The notes below the pieces were generated by a model. That model saw only the letters and a list, made by a program, of their open reading frames with translations, searched no databases and was not told where the DNA came from. A stretch of DNA of 64,000 nt from Guillardia theta CCMP2712 (taxonomy: Eukaryota > Protista > Cryptophyta): NCBI RefSeq assembly GCF_000315625.1, contig NW_005434659.1, positions 91,557 to 155,556 of the forward strand. The letters are read 5' to 3'. This document shows positions 1 through 16,778 of this stretch, in pieces. The stretch's first letter is position 1, and every line of letters begins with the position of its first letter. Position numbers and translations under genes: made by a program.

Positions 1-1090
1 GTGGAGGAGGAGGAGGAGGAGGAGGAGGATCGAAGGAAAGAGAAATGGGCAAGAGACAGAAACGCACGTGCGATCGCTCAATTGAAGAATCAAGAGAATC
101 AGGGGACCCGGCGTCGGATCGGTGGCCGAGATCTCCTCTGTCACCCTCCCTTTCTCCATACCAGTCTCCTCCCCTCCTGCCTCCTCCTGCCTCCCTCTCC
201 CTCTTCTCCCGAAGAAGCCTTTGGATCCTTCAGGACGGTCAGTTCGGCACAGGATCTCTGTTGCTCACAATTCTGCTCTTGACTCCTCGCGCGGTCTCTC
301 ATCGTCTTCTCCCTCATCATCGTCATAGGAATACGTCCCATGCCCGCTATGGGCCCTGCGCTCAGCCATCAACCTGCACAAGGTGTGAGGACATTCGCAA
401 GCACGTTCCACGAAGGATCCAGACCGATCGATCACAGCGCGTCTGCTCTCATGGCTCTCTGCTCGCCGCGCCTCTTCATCTTCATGTGTGCGAGGAGGTC
501 CTTTGCTGTTCTTGTCTCGTCCTGTCTCGCCATGAGCCCTGCACGGCAATCCTAGCTCCTCACCGATAGGATATTCCCTGCTCAGGAACTGTTCGCAAAC
601 TTGAATTTCAGCTTCGAACTGTTCAAGATTGCTGATGGATGACGAGTAGTCGTTTCCAACTGCCATAAAGCTTTCCAACCTGCAAAGAGAGAAAGCAAAG
701 TGAATCCGAAAAAGGTTTCAAACCGCCGATCGCCCTTCCCATCCTCGCCCCGACTCTTCAATTCTTTTCTTTTGTACCAAGTTCAACTGCAACACGAATG
801 GCAAGCACCAAGACTCGATAGCGCGTTTCAAAGACACTTTCATATGTTTGATAACAAGAGCATCGCCATTCTTGATCACAGCATGCTAGCCCGGCCAATC
901 AACATTCTTTGTCCATCAAAAACCAGGTTCCCCGATACCTTGGTCTCAGCAATCTTCATGCTTGACCAGCCTCTGTGAGTTCAACTTCCATACAACAGGA
1001 GGATATATCACTCAAGAAACATCGCATGCTCTTCCTCTTACTTCAGCTCTACTCCTCTCCCTCTTCTTCTCTTTCCCCTCGCCACACCAT
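1..1090 (-). CDS. Multi-exon hypothetical protein, probably truncated by the left window edge
   Basis: Short GT..AG introns join plausible exons (YKRKELKSRGEDGKGDRR|LESFMAVGNDYSSSISNLEQFEAEIQVCEQFL, ORF 265..678). No recognisable domain. Start codon uncertain. Confidence 0.4.
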
Positions 1091-3116
1091 TCGGCATTTT
1101 TGAACGTCACGGTTCTGGCCGTTATTTTCGTTTAGATAAAGAGAACTAAACTTCCAGTCTCAGACTGTCTTTTGAGTAAAGAGGCAGCGCCGGGGCGGAG
1201 CCTCCGCCCGGCCGCCTGTGACCGTACGATACTCGCCGCGGAGTCGCCGCGCCGCCGGGCCCCGGCCCCAGCACCGGGAATCATGCGATCACCGGGTTTG
1301 AAGGCCCGGGGACAGCAATTGGCCTGACGGTGACCGCATTTCGGAAGTTTCAGCCTGTGAACTGAAGTTAACTTGGGGCTTGAGTATGCCTGACTCTGTG
1401 AGTCGGCGACGGATCACCTCCTGAGGTTCCGGGCCGGCCGTAAGTTCAGGCTCGCGACTGGGCGGCCGAGACTTGGATCATCCACTCAGTGGGCCGGCGG
1501 CAGTGCGGCGGTCAGCCCGGGCCCGCGGCCCGGGGCCCGGCGTTCACACGGTTTTCTTGTTTGCCGAGCTGAGCGCTTCAACTGGAGCGGCGGGACGTGC
1601 TCAAAATGTGGTAGTAGGCGACCTTCGGATCCGCTTGCTAGGACCTGCTGATACCGTTGCTAAGGATCCTAGGGGAGGGGGTCTACCTTCGCTCGTCATA
1701 TCGAGGGTCTATATTTCCTATGGCTTCCTAGGACACTCTTCGTTCTAAAATAGTTTTAAAATAGCCGCGTCGGCCTCCGAATCCGGAAGGTTCTGTGACC
1801 GCGGACCGCAGCATAGGACCTGAGGGGGGATGCGGTATAAATATCTATTTAAAAATTTATAGAATTATATTTAGGCAGAAAATAGCACAAACCCTACAGT
1901 GCAGAAACTAGGGCCTTGGGATCCTCTGGTACAATCTCACAATTTATGGTAAGAGATTTGTACCACATTACTTCTTCCCTATACAAATATATTTATTGTA
2001 TTTGTATGACGAAGAAGTAATGTGGTACTATTCTCTTTCCCAGTTGAAAGAGGGGGTCGGGTAGGGAAATGTTATGACCAGTAAGGGTAGTGATCCTGTG
2101 AAGTAAAAACACCTCGGGTACTCTATACCGAAGAGGACGGGATTCGTGAGGGGTAGGGTCAAAAGTTTAGACCAGGTTTGGTAGGTAGTTGCAGTCTGTT
2201 GTGCTGTGGGGGAGATTTCAACAAGGGTAGGGTACTTGGTCGTTCAATTGTAGGGTGTATACGTAAGCCAAGCATTTTGAATTGGGGGTGGTTGTGATTT
2301 GTAGGGGGTACTAGATCCTCATAGGTACTAATTCAAGGCATTGTAACCGGTGTCTGGGACAAGGTATCTGGGGGTGGACACAAATGATGTTGGTGGGTGA
2401 GTGCCATGGGTGGGTACAGGACAGCAGTTGTTGATCTGTCTACAAAAGGTTGGTAGGGTGCGGGTTGCCAAGGGTGGCAGGAGATATGTTGTGGGGTGGG
2501 GTAGGGTTATCTCTGTATCCTCTGCCTAATACCACCCTACCATCACAACCACCCCAGCACCTGGTCCTTTACACGGATCATCAGGCGCATTGTGATTTTT
2601 CGTTTGTAAGACTTTTCGGCTACGTCAAATTCAATTGAAGAATTTGAGGCACCCATATTTTTCAATGAAAATACCCTTATCCAAGGGGGTACATATTCAA
2701 ATATTTGAAAATGTTTCCGAAAGTTTCTCTGTTGGAGAGTCAAACGTACCAAGTTCAAAACATGAGCCCCTACCCCCTGTTTTAACCCACCCACCCCCCC
2801 TTTCACCTCAAAGCCCCTCTCTTCGTCGGTCTCCGGGGATGCCTCAATTCAAATGTGAACAACCCCCACCCCACCCTCAGGTCGGCCATGCGCCATCACC
2901 CACCCGAAATACTAACAAATCCCCAGCAAAAGAGGGTACCTACATGAGACCACCCCACCCTTTGACCAACGTCTCCTCGTGACTGCCGCGTCTGTCGCCT
3001 TCCTCAAGCTATCTTTCACCCGTAGCGCAGCTTTTGTTCTTTCCCGCTCGCTTGTCCTCTCACCTTACTATCAGCTTCTAGCCTTCTGTTTCAACAACAC
3101 AACAACACTTGCAGCA

Positions 3117-4183
3117 ATGTCCAGCGACTCTCGTGAGGAGAATGTTTACATGGCCAAGCTCGCCGAGCAGGCCGAGCGCTACGACGAGGTATGGCTCGAT
3201 TTTCAATTGTTCATGAACTTTCTATGATTGGATTGTATATTTCTTTGTTTCTTTGATGCTTTGTTGTTTGTTTATTGGCCAATTGTTTTTGACATGAAAA
3301 TGAACACATGGACGTGTTCTTTGTGGTTAAATGGATGCGTGTTGCAGTGGTGTAGCTGTAAGGTGTAAAATATGATGTCTGGTTCGTTTTGATGCTTCCC
3401 TTGATGCATCCGAAGCATCTTTGCAATGTCTCACTTCCAAATCAGATGGTCGAGGCCATGAAGTCTATCGCCAAGATGGATGTTGAGCTCACCAACGATG
3501 AGCGCAACCTTCTCTCCGTTGCCTACAAGAACGTGATTGGTGCCCGTCGTGCTTCTTCTCGCATCATTTCCTCCATCGAGCAGAAGGAAGAGAACAAGGG
3601 CAACGAGCACCGTGTCTCCATGATCAAGGAGTACCGCCACAAGGTTGAGTCTGAGCTCTCCAACATCTGCAATGACATCCTCAACATCCTCGACAAGCAC
3701 CTCATCTCCTCTGCTACCACTGGCGAGAGCAAGGTGTTCTACTACAAGATGAAGGGTGACTACTGGAGATACTTGGCGGAGTTTGCTGTTGGCGCTGGTC
3801 GCAAGGAGGCTGCTGAGCATTCCTTGGTTGCCTACAAGAACGCCCAGGACATCGCTCTCACCGATCTTCCCCCCACCAACCCCATCCGATTGGGCCTGGC
3901 TTTGAACTTCTCTGTGTTCTACTATGAGATCCTCAACTCACCGGACCGCGCATGCCAGCTCGCCAAGCAGGCCTTCGATGATGCCATCGCTGAGCTTGAC
4001 ACTCTCAACGAGGAGAGCTACAAGGACAGCACCCTCATCATGCAGCTCTTGAGAGATAACCTCACCTTGTGGACATCCGACACCCAGGAGGATGCTTACG
4101 ACAAGGACGCTGGTGACGAGGAGGGCGGTCAGGTACCATAAATCCATACGTGGATGACAAAGTCTGACTCTGTACAGGATTAA
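3117..4183 (+). CDS. 14-3-3 protein; join(3117..3188,3446..4132,4178..4183)
   Basis: [24 protein letters not shown]|MVEAMK...[18 protein letters not shown]...[12 protein letters not shown]...[17 protein letters not shown]...[22 protein letters not shown]. Introns are canonical GT-AG; the last has a CTGAC branch motif. Confidence 0.98.
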
Positions 4184-4339
4184 ATTGTAGTTAGCTCATG
4201 AACGATTCTGGGATTGCTGAATGTTGATTCTTGAATGTTAAAGACATCAACCTTGTGTTTGGGTATTTTGTTTCGCATTTCAGTTGTTATTGCACTATAA
4301 GAAACTGATTTACATATCTCGGTTGAACTTCTAAATAAA

Positions 4340-5270
4340 TGAAAACCAAAACATCAGTTACTTGCCGTGCAGTCTCGCCCACTCGCGGGAGCTGGTAAAA
4401 CATATTCAGAGAATAACCTCCCTGCCAAGGGTACTCACGCTTGCTGAAAGTCGACTTGTCCATCATGAAACCTGCGCTCTTCTCACCATTCATCCACACA
4501 GAAAATCTCTTTACGTGATGAAGGGTCCGAAGTCGCCCGTGTACTGGTTGTGGAACCCGACGAAGATGGCGTAACTGAGAGGGGACGTCAGATGCAGGAG
4601 CCGCACATCTCACTGTTCTCACAGGATGATGCTGATCTTGAAGCCGAAGAAGAGGAGAAGGCTTGGCTCGTTCCACACGTTCACCCCGGGCTAGAGCCAT
4701 GGTCATTCGCTTTCATCGTGTCGACCTGTCAACCTTGATGGGGTTCATCATGAGCATAAGGCCTGACTTCCCGCCAGGATACGCATTCTTCTTCTGCCCC
4801 TCCGGCACAGGCATGAGGCTGATCCCTCAGTCATTAACCTCCTCCTCCTCCTCCTCCTCCTCCTCCTCTCCACACCGTCCAAGTCTTGGCCCTGACGACA
4901 GAGGAGCGTCTGCTACCTGTTTCGGTTCTTCCCAAGTGGACTCGCCTGTCTTGGTGTTGTACCAGTACCTGACCATGGGGATCAGAAAACGCTGCCGGCT
5001 TCATCATGCTAGCACGTTGCGCCCGTGCTGCTGTCTGTGGCAGTCTGCCATTCGTTGGTGCTCATCGACTGTCGCAGCGCGACACGGGAAATGCCAACCG
5101 GGCGAGCAGTCGACGGCATGAGGCTGACGGGGGAGGACATGAAGGCCTTAGAATAACATCAGCGAGCAACAAGTCTCTAGCTGCTGCTAGCGAGAACCAC
5201 ACACAGCAAAACAACACCAGGGGAAAGTGCTGGGTATGTTTGTAAGAGGCACAAGAGCGATATGCTTCGT
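4340..5270 (+). CDS. Possible small multi-exon hypothetical gene
   Basis: GT..CAG intron-like segments (about 4431-4501 and 4571-4624) join into KISLRDEGSEVARVLVVEPDEDG|DDADLEAEEEEKAWL. Start, stop and function are unresolved. Confidence 0.25.
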
Positions 5271-5822
5271 GACATGTAGGAGGAAGCAAAAGCAGAAGGG
5301 ATTGGACGGCAGCATGCTGGCATCAGCGAAGACTCTCCTCTTGTGTTCCGAATGTCTCTCACCATTGTCACTCCCGCCTGCACAACCAGCGCCAAGAGCC
5401 CGAGACAGGAGCGCATTGTCGCTTCTTTAGGACACTACCCCCACCCCTCCCCAGACCAATTGAGTACCCCAACCCATAGAGGCCTTCGCCTTGCAAAGTG
5501 CCACTGGGCTAGCGAGAGAGAACTGAAACGAAGCAAAGAAAGCAAGATGAAGAGAAGGAGATCAAGAGAGGGGGAGGGAGAGGGAGAGGAAGGGACTGAG
5601 GAGAAAGTGAGGATGACAACGATACCAACGACGACACAGATACGATATTGATCACGACTGAGTGGTACGGTAGGTGAGGACGGAGAAAAACAAAGGAAGA
5701 GGTCAATGATGTAGGAGTAGAACAAGAGAGGTAACAGGAGCAGGATGATCGGATGTGAAGATTTGCTGCATTTACGTGTGTGGACGCGCTGCTTGCGTTA
5801 GCTAAAGTGCAATCGTTGTGAA

Positions 5823-8093
5823 TCAGAATCCGAAGGAGAAGGAGGAGGTGGAGGTGGCTGTGGAGGACCGTCAGTGGAGCGAGAGAGAGGAAGCGAGGGA
5901 GGGGGCAGAAGCTGCTGGAAGGGGAGGGGATGAGAGGGGGGTGAGAAGGAAGGTAAAGGGCGAGAGAAAGGGAGGGTGAGGGGGTGAGCGAGGGGTAGGG
6001 GGTAGGGGGCATGGGGGGAGGGATCAACACTCACAAGACTCCACCAAGTTTGTCCATAGAGAAGCCTTGCTGTCCTCCCTGAGGAAATCGTCATCGGAGG
6101 AGCGGAGAGGAGGAGAAAGGACGAGGACGGGGAGAAGGGAGGGAGGAGCTGTAGGAGGAGCGAGGCGGAAGAAGATAAGGAGGAGCAAGGAGTGACAGGG
6201 CAGGGAGCACAGGGAGGAGAAAGGCGGGAAGGATAGGGAGGTGAAGGGAAGGGAGAAGAGAATGGAAAGAACAATGCAGAGGGGAAAAGACCGGGCGGGG
6301 AAGGGGGACGGGAGGGAGGAGGAGGAGGCNNNNNNNNNNNNNNNNNNNNNNNNNNNNNNNNNNNNNNNNNNNNNNNNNNNNNNNNNNNNNNNNNNNNNNN
6401 NNNNNNNNNNNNNNNNNNNNNNNNNNNNNTGGACACTTTGTCGCAAAATTCTTCTCGAACAAATAACTTGAGACAAGAGTCAGGAATGAACAAAGCATTG
6501 AACGAGCGTGAAGCAAACAAATGATAGAATGAAATGAAGCAGGATCAACATCAAACAGAGACAACAACAATTAGATCATGAACAGAGACAACAACAATTA
6601 GATCATGACACAGACAACAGTGTAGATTACAGGGGTCGCTCTTCGCGCGCATGATTGCAATAATCAAGAAAATCCTCGAGCTTCATGTCCATGGTTGCTG
6701 AGACTCTAAACCTGAGCTAACGTCAACAAAATCGCAGCATACTCCTTCTCTTACTTGGTGTCTGCATATTTCTTCAACAGATTCTCACACTTCCAGCTCT
6801 CGCTTGCCGGCCATTTCGGGATGACGTCGGTGAGAATGACCTGGTTCAACAGAGTAAACCTCTCCTCTCCTCCTCTCCCCTCTCTCCCTTCCCTTCTCTT
6901 CCCTCCCTCCCCTCCCCTTCCTTTCCAATCCCCTTCTCCTCCTCCCTTCCCCTCCCATCTCCATCTCACTAACCGGCAGGTTGCGCTTCTCATAGTTCTC
7001 TACAAACTCCTGGGCCGTCAGCCCACTCCGCCTAGGGCAGTCTGTCAGCATTCTCACACAAGGGTGCTCGAAGGCTACCTGTCGACGTTCTCGACTGTGA
7101 GCCAGCTCGGATCGATGGCCATGTTGGCGTCTGAAGGGAGTCAGGTAGACGTCGACGAGGAAAGAGACTCACTCATCCACGGCTCGAAGAGAATGTCGGA
7201 GTAACAATCCTGACTTGACGGTCAACCAGAAAGTTGAGAAGGAGACGAGGAGGGGATGGAGAAGGAGGAGGGCAAGGGGAAGGGATACAGGAGGACGCGA
7301 TGTAGTAGTAGAAGGAGGAGGAGGAGGAGGAGGAGGAGGAGGAGGAGGAGGAGGAGGGAAAGGGAAACTGGACAGGTGTCATCATGTCACTTACTTTCAT
7401 CCTCAGCGGTTTATGCCCTGGAAACTTGCTGTTGATTCGTTTTAGAAAAGTTTCTTTCCAACACTTTTGAAATCTTGAACAACAGTTAGGGATCTTTTCA
7501 AATGATGCAGGATACCGTGCCTGAAATCTCCTCCAAACTTGCTGATCGTCAGTTCTCTCCAAATATTCTTTCGGATGGTCACGAAATGGAAAAGAGTGAA
7601 TAGCAAACATACGGTATGATGGCTGAAGCAGTACATGCCCACACTGACTGAAGACAGTCCTGAAAACTTGTCAGCAGCTCTATCAATCTGATCAGAACGT
7701 CTTACTACACAGGGCATGATGGTCAAGGAACGATAATATCTGTTCAAACAGCATCACACGCAAGATTGACATTGCAAATGTTTCAACGTGTAGAATTGTC
7801 TTGTCATGCAATCTCCGGAACATTCCGAGCGAGGCCGTCAGCTTGTTTTCCATCGCAACGTCGCAATCGAATAAATTCCCTTCTCTGCCCAGCACTGGCG
7901 TCAAACCATCCCAGCAAACAAGGGAGCCCTACGGTTTGATTCCATAAGGATTGACGTCTTCTTCTAGAGCCTCCCTGTTGACATCCATGTCGTCCAGCCA
8001 ACGTGCCGTCAGTCACATGCCATTGAATTTCATCTCTCACCTCTCCTCCTCATCCCCATGTCGTGCTCGCTTTCGCTCAGGCTCTCCCTCCAT
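5823..8093 (-). CDS. F-box + JmjC domain protein (JMJD6/plant JMJ22-like); catalytic core falls in the assembly gap
   Basis: Spliced reading: MEGEPERKR...NPYGIKPEGNLF...LGMFRRLHDKTILH..ILSFLDHHAL (F-box-like), SDILFEPW, RRSGLTAQEFVENYEKRNLPVILTDVIPKWPA..W, MKLEDFLDYCNHAREERPL|YLFEKNFATKCP[gap]. After the gap it ends SLWTNLVESSTSTSSFSFGF*, matching the FxFxF-type tail of this family. Confidence 0.85.
6330..6429. other. Assembly gap (100 N placeholder)
   Basis: Run of exactly 100 n. Confidence 0.99.
6554..6620. repeat. 27-bp intronic tandem repeat, about 2.4 copies (aacagagacaacaacaattagatcatg)
   Basis: Two exact copies at 6554-6580 and 6581-6607 plus a degenerate partial copy. Confidence 0.85.
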
Positions 8094-8149
8094 CGTCACG
8101 GTCTACGTACACGCTAATGTCAGAGTTGAGAGTTGAGGAAGAAGTGTAA

Positions 8150-8435
8150 AGGAAGAGGAGGAGCAGAAGAAGCAGGAGCAGAAGAAGAAGCAGCAGCAGG
8201 AGGAGGAGGAACAGCAGCAGCAGCAGCAGGAACAGCAGGAACAGGAGCAGCAGCAGCAGGAACAGCAGGAACAGGAGCAGCAGGAGCAGGGGCAGCAGGA
8301 GCAGGAGCAGGGGAAGGAGGAGCAGGGGCAGGGGCAAGGTCAGGAGCAGGAGGGGGAGGTGAAGCAGGATGAGGATGAGGATGAGGATGAGGATGAGGAT
8401 GAGGATGAGGATCAGGAGCAGGAGCAGGAGCAGTT
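8150..8435. repeat. Compound microsatellite (GCA/GGA, CAGGAG, GATGAG units)
   Basis: Directly visible low-complexity array between the JmjC start and the end of the PDZ gene. Confidence 0.9.
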
Positions 8436-8521
8436 GAGCATGAGATGCGTCTTCAGACACGAGAATTAACTCAACATGAATTACTAGGAAGAGAAAAAGA
8501 CAGTGAAAGAAAGAGGCAAAT

Positions 8522-13357
<4,836 letters not shown>

Positions 13358-14645
13358 TTAAGCAGGGGGTGGTCTGGCAGACCAATGGGTACGGCAATCG
13401 ATCTAGGATTTTCTTGATCACCGGTCATACCTAGTACCCACAATAATAAGCACAAAAGCACGGGCAATATCCAACTTTAAAGGGGTACATTCTGATAATT
13501 ACCGAAATAAGTGGGTAGGGGTAGTGAGTTTACTTGCATGTTCCCATGGGATGTGGGTGGGTGGTGTATGAGTGAGGCGGGCCTGAGTATCCTCCCGGCC
13601 GGACCGGGCCCGCCGCAGCTGAGCAACCGATTCCACTTGATTCGAATCGATTCGGTCCGATTGAATTTGGGGAACATGGGTCTGCGGGGGGTGGGGTTAT
13701 CAATGTACGGGTTATTATAAAGGTAAAAAATGGGGTGTAATGAGGAAATGACGTTTTCGAGGGGGTGGGGGCCTTACGTTTCTATTGAGTAAAAGTCAGC
13801 AGGACGTAACTGAGAAGGGGTAGCGAAAAGTAGCTTGTCTTCAAGGACCGGGTACTTAAATACCATTTTCAGTCGAGAGGGTGGGTACTTTGGAGATTCG
13901 GATAGAGGGTACGTTACCAAGGGGGTCAAGGCAATACATCCCAAGGGGTAGGGTATGTTTTGAAGGGGTAGTGTAGTAGCATATGTCCCTATTACCCCTA
14001 CTTTTAGCTTATTTATATCCGGTATTTTGATAGCAAGGTTTTCCATCGAATCAAGGGTGGGTAGAGTAGGGTACAAGCCAGGGAGGGTGGGCATACCAGT
14101 GTAGAATGCAACAAGGGTGAAGGTGGTTGAGAAGTAAAGGAGGAAGGGGAGAGGGGGAGAAGGGAAAGGTTGGAGAAGAAATGGATGAGGTAGTCGGGGG
14201 CTTGAGGTTTTGGAGAGATGACTTCATCTTAGATGTAGGACAACGAGTGATAGTTGTTGTTTGACAGGAAAGAATTAATGTCAGAAGACGTAGTTGATAG
14301 TATTTGCTTTCATACGACAATGCTGTTGATGGATCAGGCGGAATTTCAAGCAAACATTAAAAGAAAGACCATCAACGGATGATTCTGTTGATTGAAACAC
14401 TATTCAGTTAGTATTATACTAGGGGAAACCAAATTCTGGAGGATTTGTTCGAGATACCTCTCTTGCTAGGATGAGTCTCATTTCTTATTCGAAACTGTAT
14501 GCACAATTTTGTGCCAAACAAGATTGTCGTTCTACATTTTCACGATTGACGTCTCTTCTTAGGTCTCGTCAACGACAACAAGCTTACCCTCCTCTTCCTA
14601 TTCGACTTTCATCTATTTCTTCGACTTCCCCAAAACTGCAGTGAA

Positions 14646-14995
14646 ATGATCCTTACAAGAAACCTTCTGTATGGCGCGGTCGGAACTCTTGCAGCAGCAA
14701 GTGCTGCAGCGACTGTGGCATTTTCGAGCCAAACTCGTACTTTCACCACGACGACTTCCAAAACTTCGTCTCAACCTATTTCTGAGTCCGAAGGGAAAGA
14801 TTGTGATTGCGCGCCCCTCTGGACTTGCATGCAAACCAAATGCGGAGGAGAACTCTGCTCCGAGTGCTCAGGTCTCGAGACTCAGCTGAGAGCCTGCCTT
14901 GCCAGGGTGAGTGATTCTTGTTGCATGTTCCTTGTCTTGATGGGGCTTCGCTGACATGATTGGGACAGATGAAGGCCTCGCCCAAGTGGGGTTAA
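14646..14995 (+). CDS. Small Cys-rich protein with a possible mitochondrial presequence (CHCH/CX9C-like); join(14646..14906,14969..14995)
   Basis: MILTRNLLYGAVGTLAAASAAATVAFSSQTRTF..., then CDCAPLWTCMQTKCGGELCSECSGLETQLRACLAR|MKASPKWG*. One CX9C motif and a GTGAGT..CTGAC..CAG intron. Confidence 0.6.
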
Positions 14996-15247
14996 ACCTA
15001 CGTTTGCTGTGATTGTAGTTTTTCTCTGTTTCAATCGTGCTTTGAGACACATTGTTGAGCGTATTTACTAAAATACGAGGTGCCCATATGCGGCCATGTT
15101 GCACATTAAAATTTCCAACTCTCGCTGCTGGTTTTCCTTTGAACAAATTTATATCTTCACAGAACATTTATAGAGTAGTTTCTAGCTATCGGCTCGACCG
15201 TTATCAGATGCTTGAAAGAAAGAATAAATAATGTTAGTAAGACTATA

Positions 15248-16778
15248 CTATGATGCGGTCACGGGTTCTCCAGAAGAGAAGTGACCATGGCCCATCCAGG
15301 GCTCGTCGACGATGTCACTCTTGCAAGGTGATTCCGAGAGAATGTCACTTCCTGAGTCTGACCTGAGAAGCGATCTCGTTGTGATCCTCTTGAGCCCCAG
15401 AGGCTGAGAAGACTTTGTGACCGGCTCCTCCTCAAACCTTCTTGACCTTGGCATATCGTCAATAGTCTCCAGGTTGTTCAGCAAATTTTCAAGTGAAGGG
15501 AGGGAAGAAACGAAATTTTCAGACTGAACTCCTGCTGGCATATCCTCGGTGTTAGACGGATGGAAGACTGGCATGTCGTCTGGTCCATCCTCAATAGGCA
15601 TGCGCTCAAATGAGCCCAACGGTGCAGGCATCGCAGAGCTCTCATTGAACGTCTTGTTCAACGGTTCGTAATCCTCGTCCACATGAGAGAAGAGGCATTC
15701 TGCAGAATGGAGTTCCTCAGTTCGCTCTCCGCTTGCATAGTCTGCAAAATTCGCAGGGACCGAAACAGGTCTTGATTCTGCGTTCGTGCCCAATGAAATC
15801 ACCGCGAACGAAGCGTTGTGGACGGCATAAAGAGCTGGATCTTCAGCCTTCTTGCTCAGATCACGACCAGCAACCAGTACATCACAGCAATTTTCCATCG
15901 CCACCTTCATCAAAGATTCTGCTACCGGGCCCGTAGCCCTCAAGCGCTTGACGCTCTTGATACCCAGCTCGTTGCATTTCTTCTCGAACACATCCGAAAG
16001 GATCTCCACTTCAATTCTGGCAAGCTCGTCCTCTTGCAAGGAGCTGGTGCTTCTTGGGCGTAGGATCAACGATTTCCTCACTGCCTTCGTGGTGATGACC
16101 AGATACACCTCATCTATATCCCTGCACAGTAACTTGGAGGCTGCCCAATCAAACGCCAATTTTGAAGCATTTGTGCACTCGACGTGAAAGAAAACCCGCC
16201 TTGGCAAAACAGTCAGGAATGCGCCAGCTTCGTCCTTAGGCTTCTTGATGACCATCACGGGGCAAGTACAGAGCTGAGCAACTTTAGAGCTGACCTGAAC
16301 AGCATGTAAGGACAAGCCTAGATCAAATCTCAAATTCACTTACCGATCCGAGCACAGCCCTTTTGAAGGTGTTCAATCCACGACTCCCGATCACACACAT
16401 GTCACAACTGTTTGTCTTTGTCGCCTCGCTAATCACGACCTCGGGCGACCCCTGAGCCAGGACAACGCGATAATTGACTCCTTTAGCATTGCAAAGATTT
16501 TCATATTTCAGCAGAACTTTCACTCCAAGCTCTCTATTTGCATTGGTCCCGAAAACAGTATCGCGGTCATATGCATGGACTAGGATCACCAAATCCTGCT
16601 TTCGAAAGAGGTTTGCACGAGCCCAGGCAAACGCTGCTCTGGTCTCAGCTGTATCATTTACCGCCATGGCGATCGTTCTCGCTGGTGCATCATGCCTCTG
16701 ACACCAGCTTTGAGCATTGTATTGTGTGGTCATAGACAGACGATATCCTCTCTGTTGATTTTCAAACCTTGCATACAC
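15248..16778 (-). CDS. Universal stress protein with tandem USP domains and a disordered C-terminal tail
   Basis: RTIAMAVNDTAETRAAFAWA...VILVHAY...GSPEVVISEA...DMCVIGSRGLNTFKRAVLGS|VSSKVAQLCTCPVMVIK. A second, degenerate USP follows (SKLAFDWA...GPVAESLMKVA..CDVLVAG..YAVHNASFAVISL). Start approximate. Confidence 0.9.

Noticed and set aside
13480-14360. ORFs 13774..14094 and 14051..14353, and similar ones in 16941-18435 and 2450-2982
   Set aside because: They lie in GGGT/ACCC-skewed intergenic tracts, have Pro/Thr/Gly-biased composition, and lack motifs or splice support.
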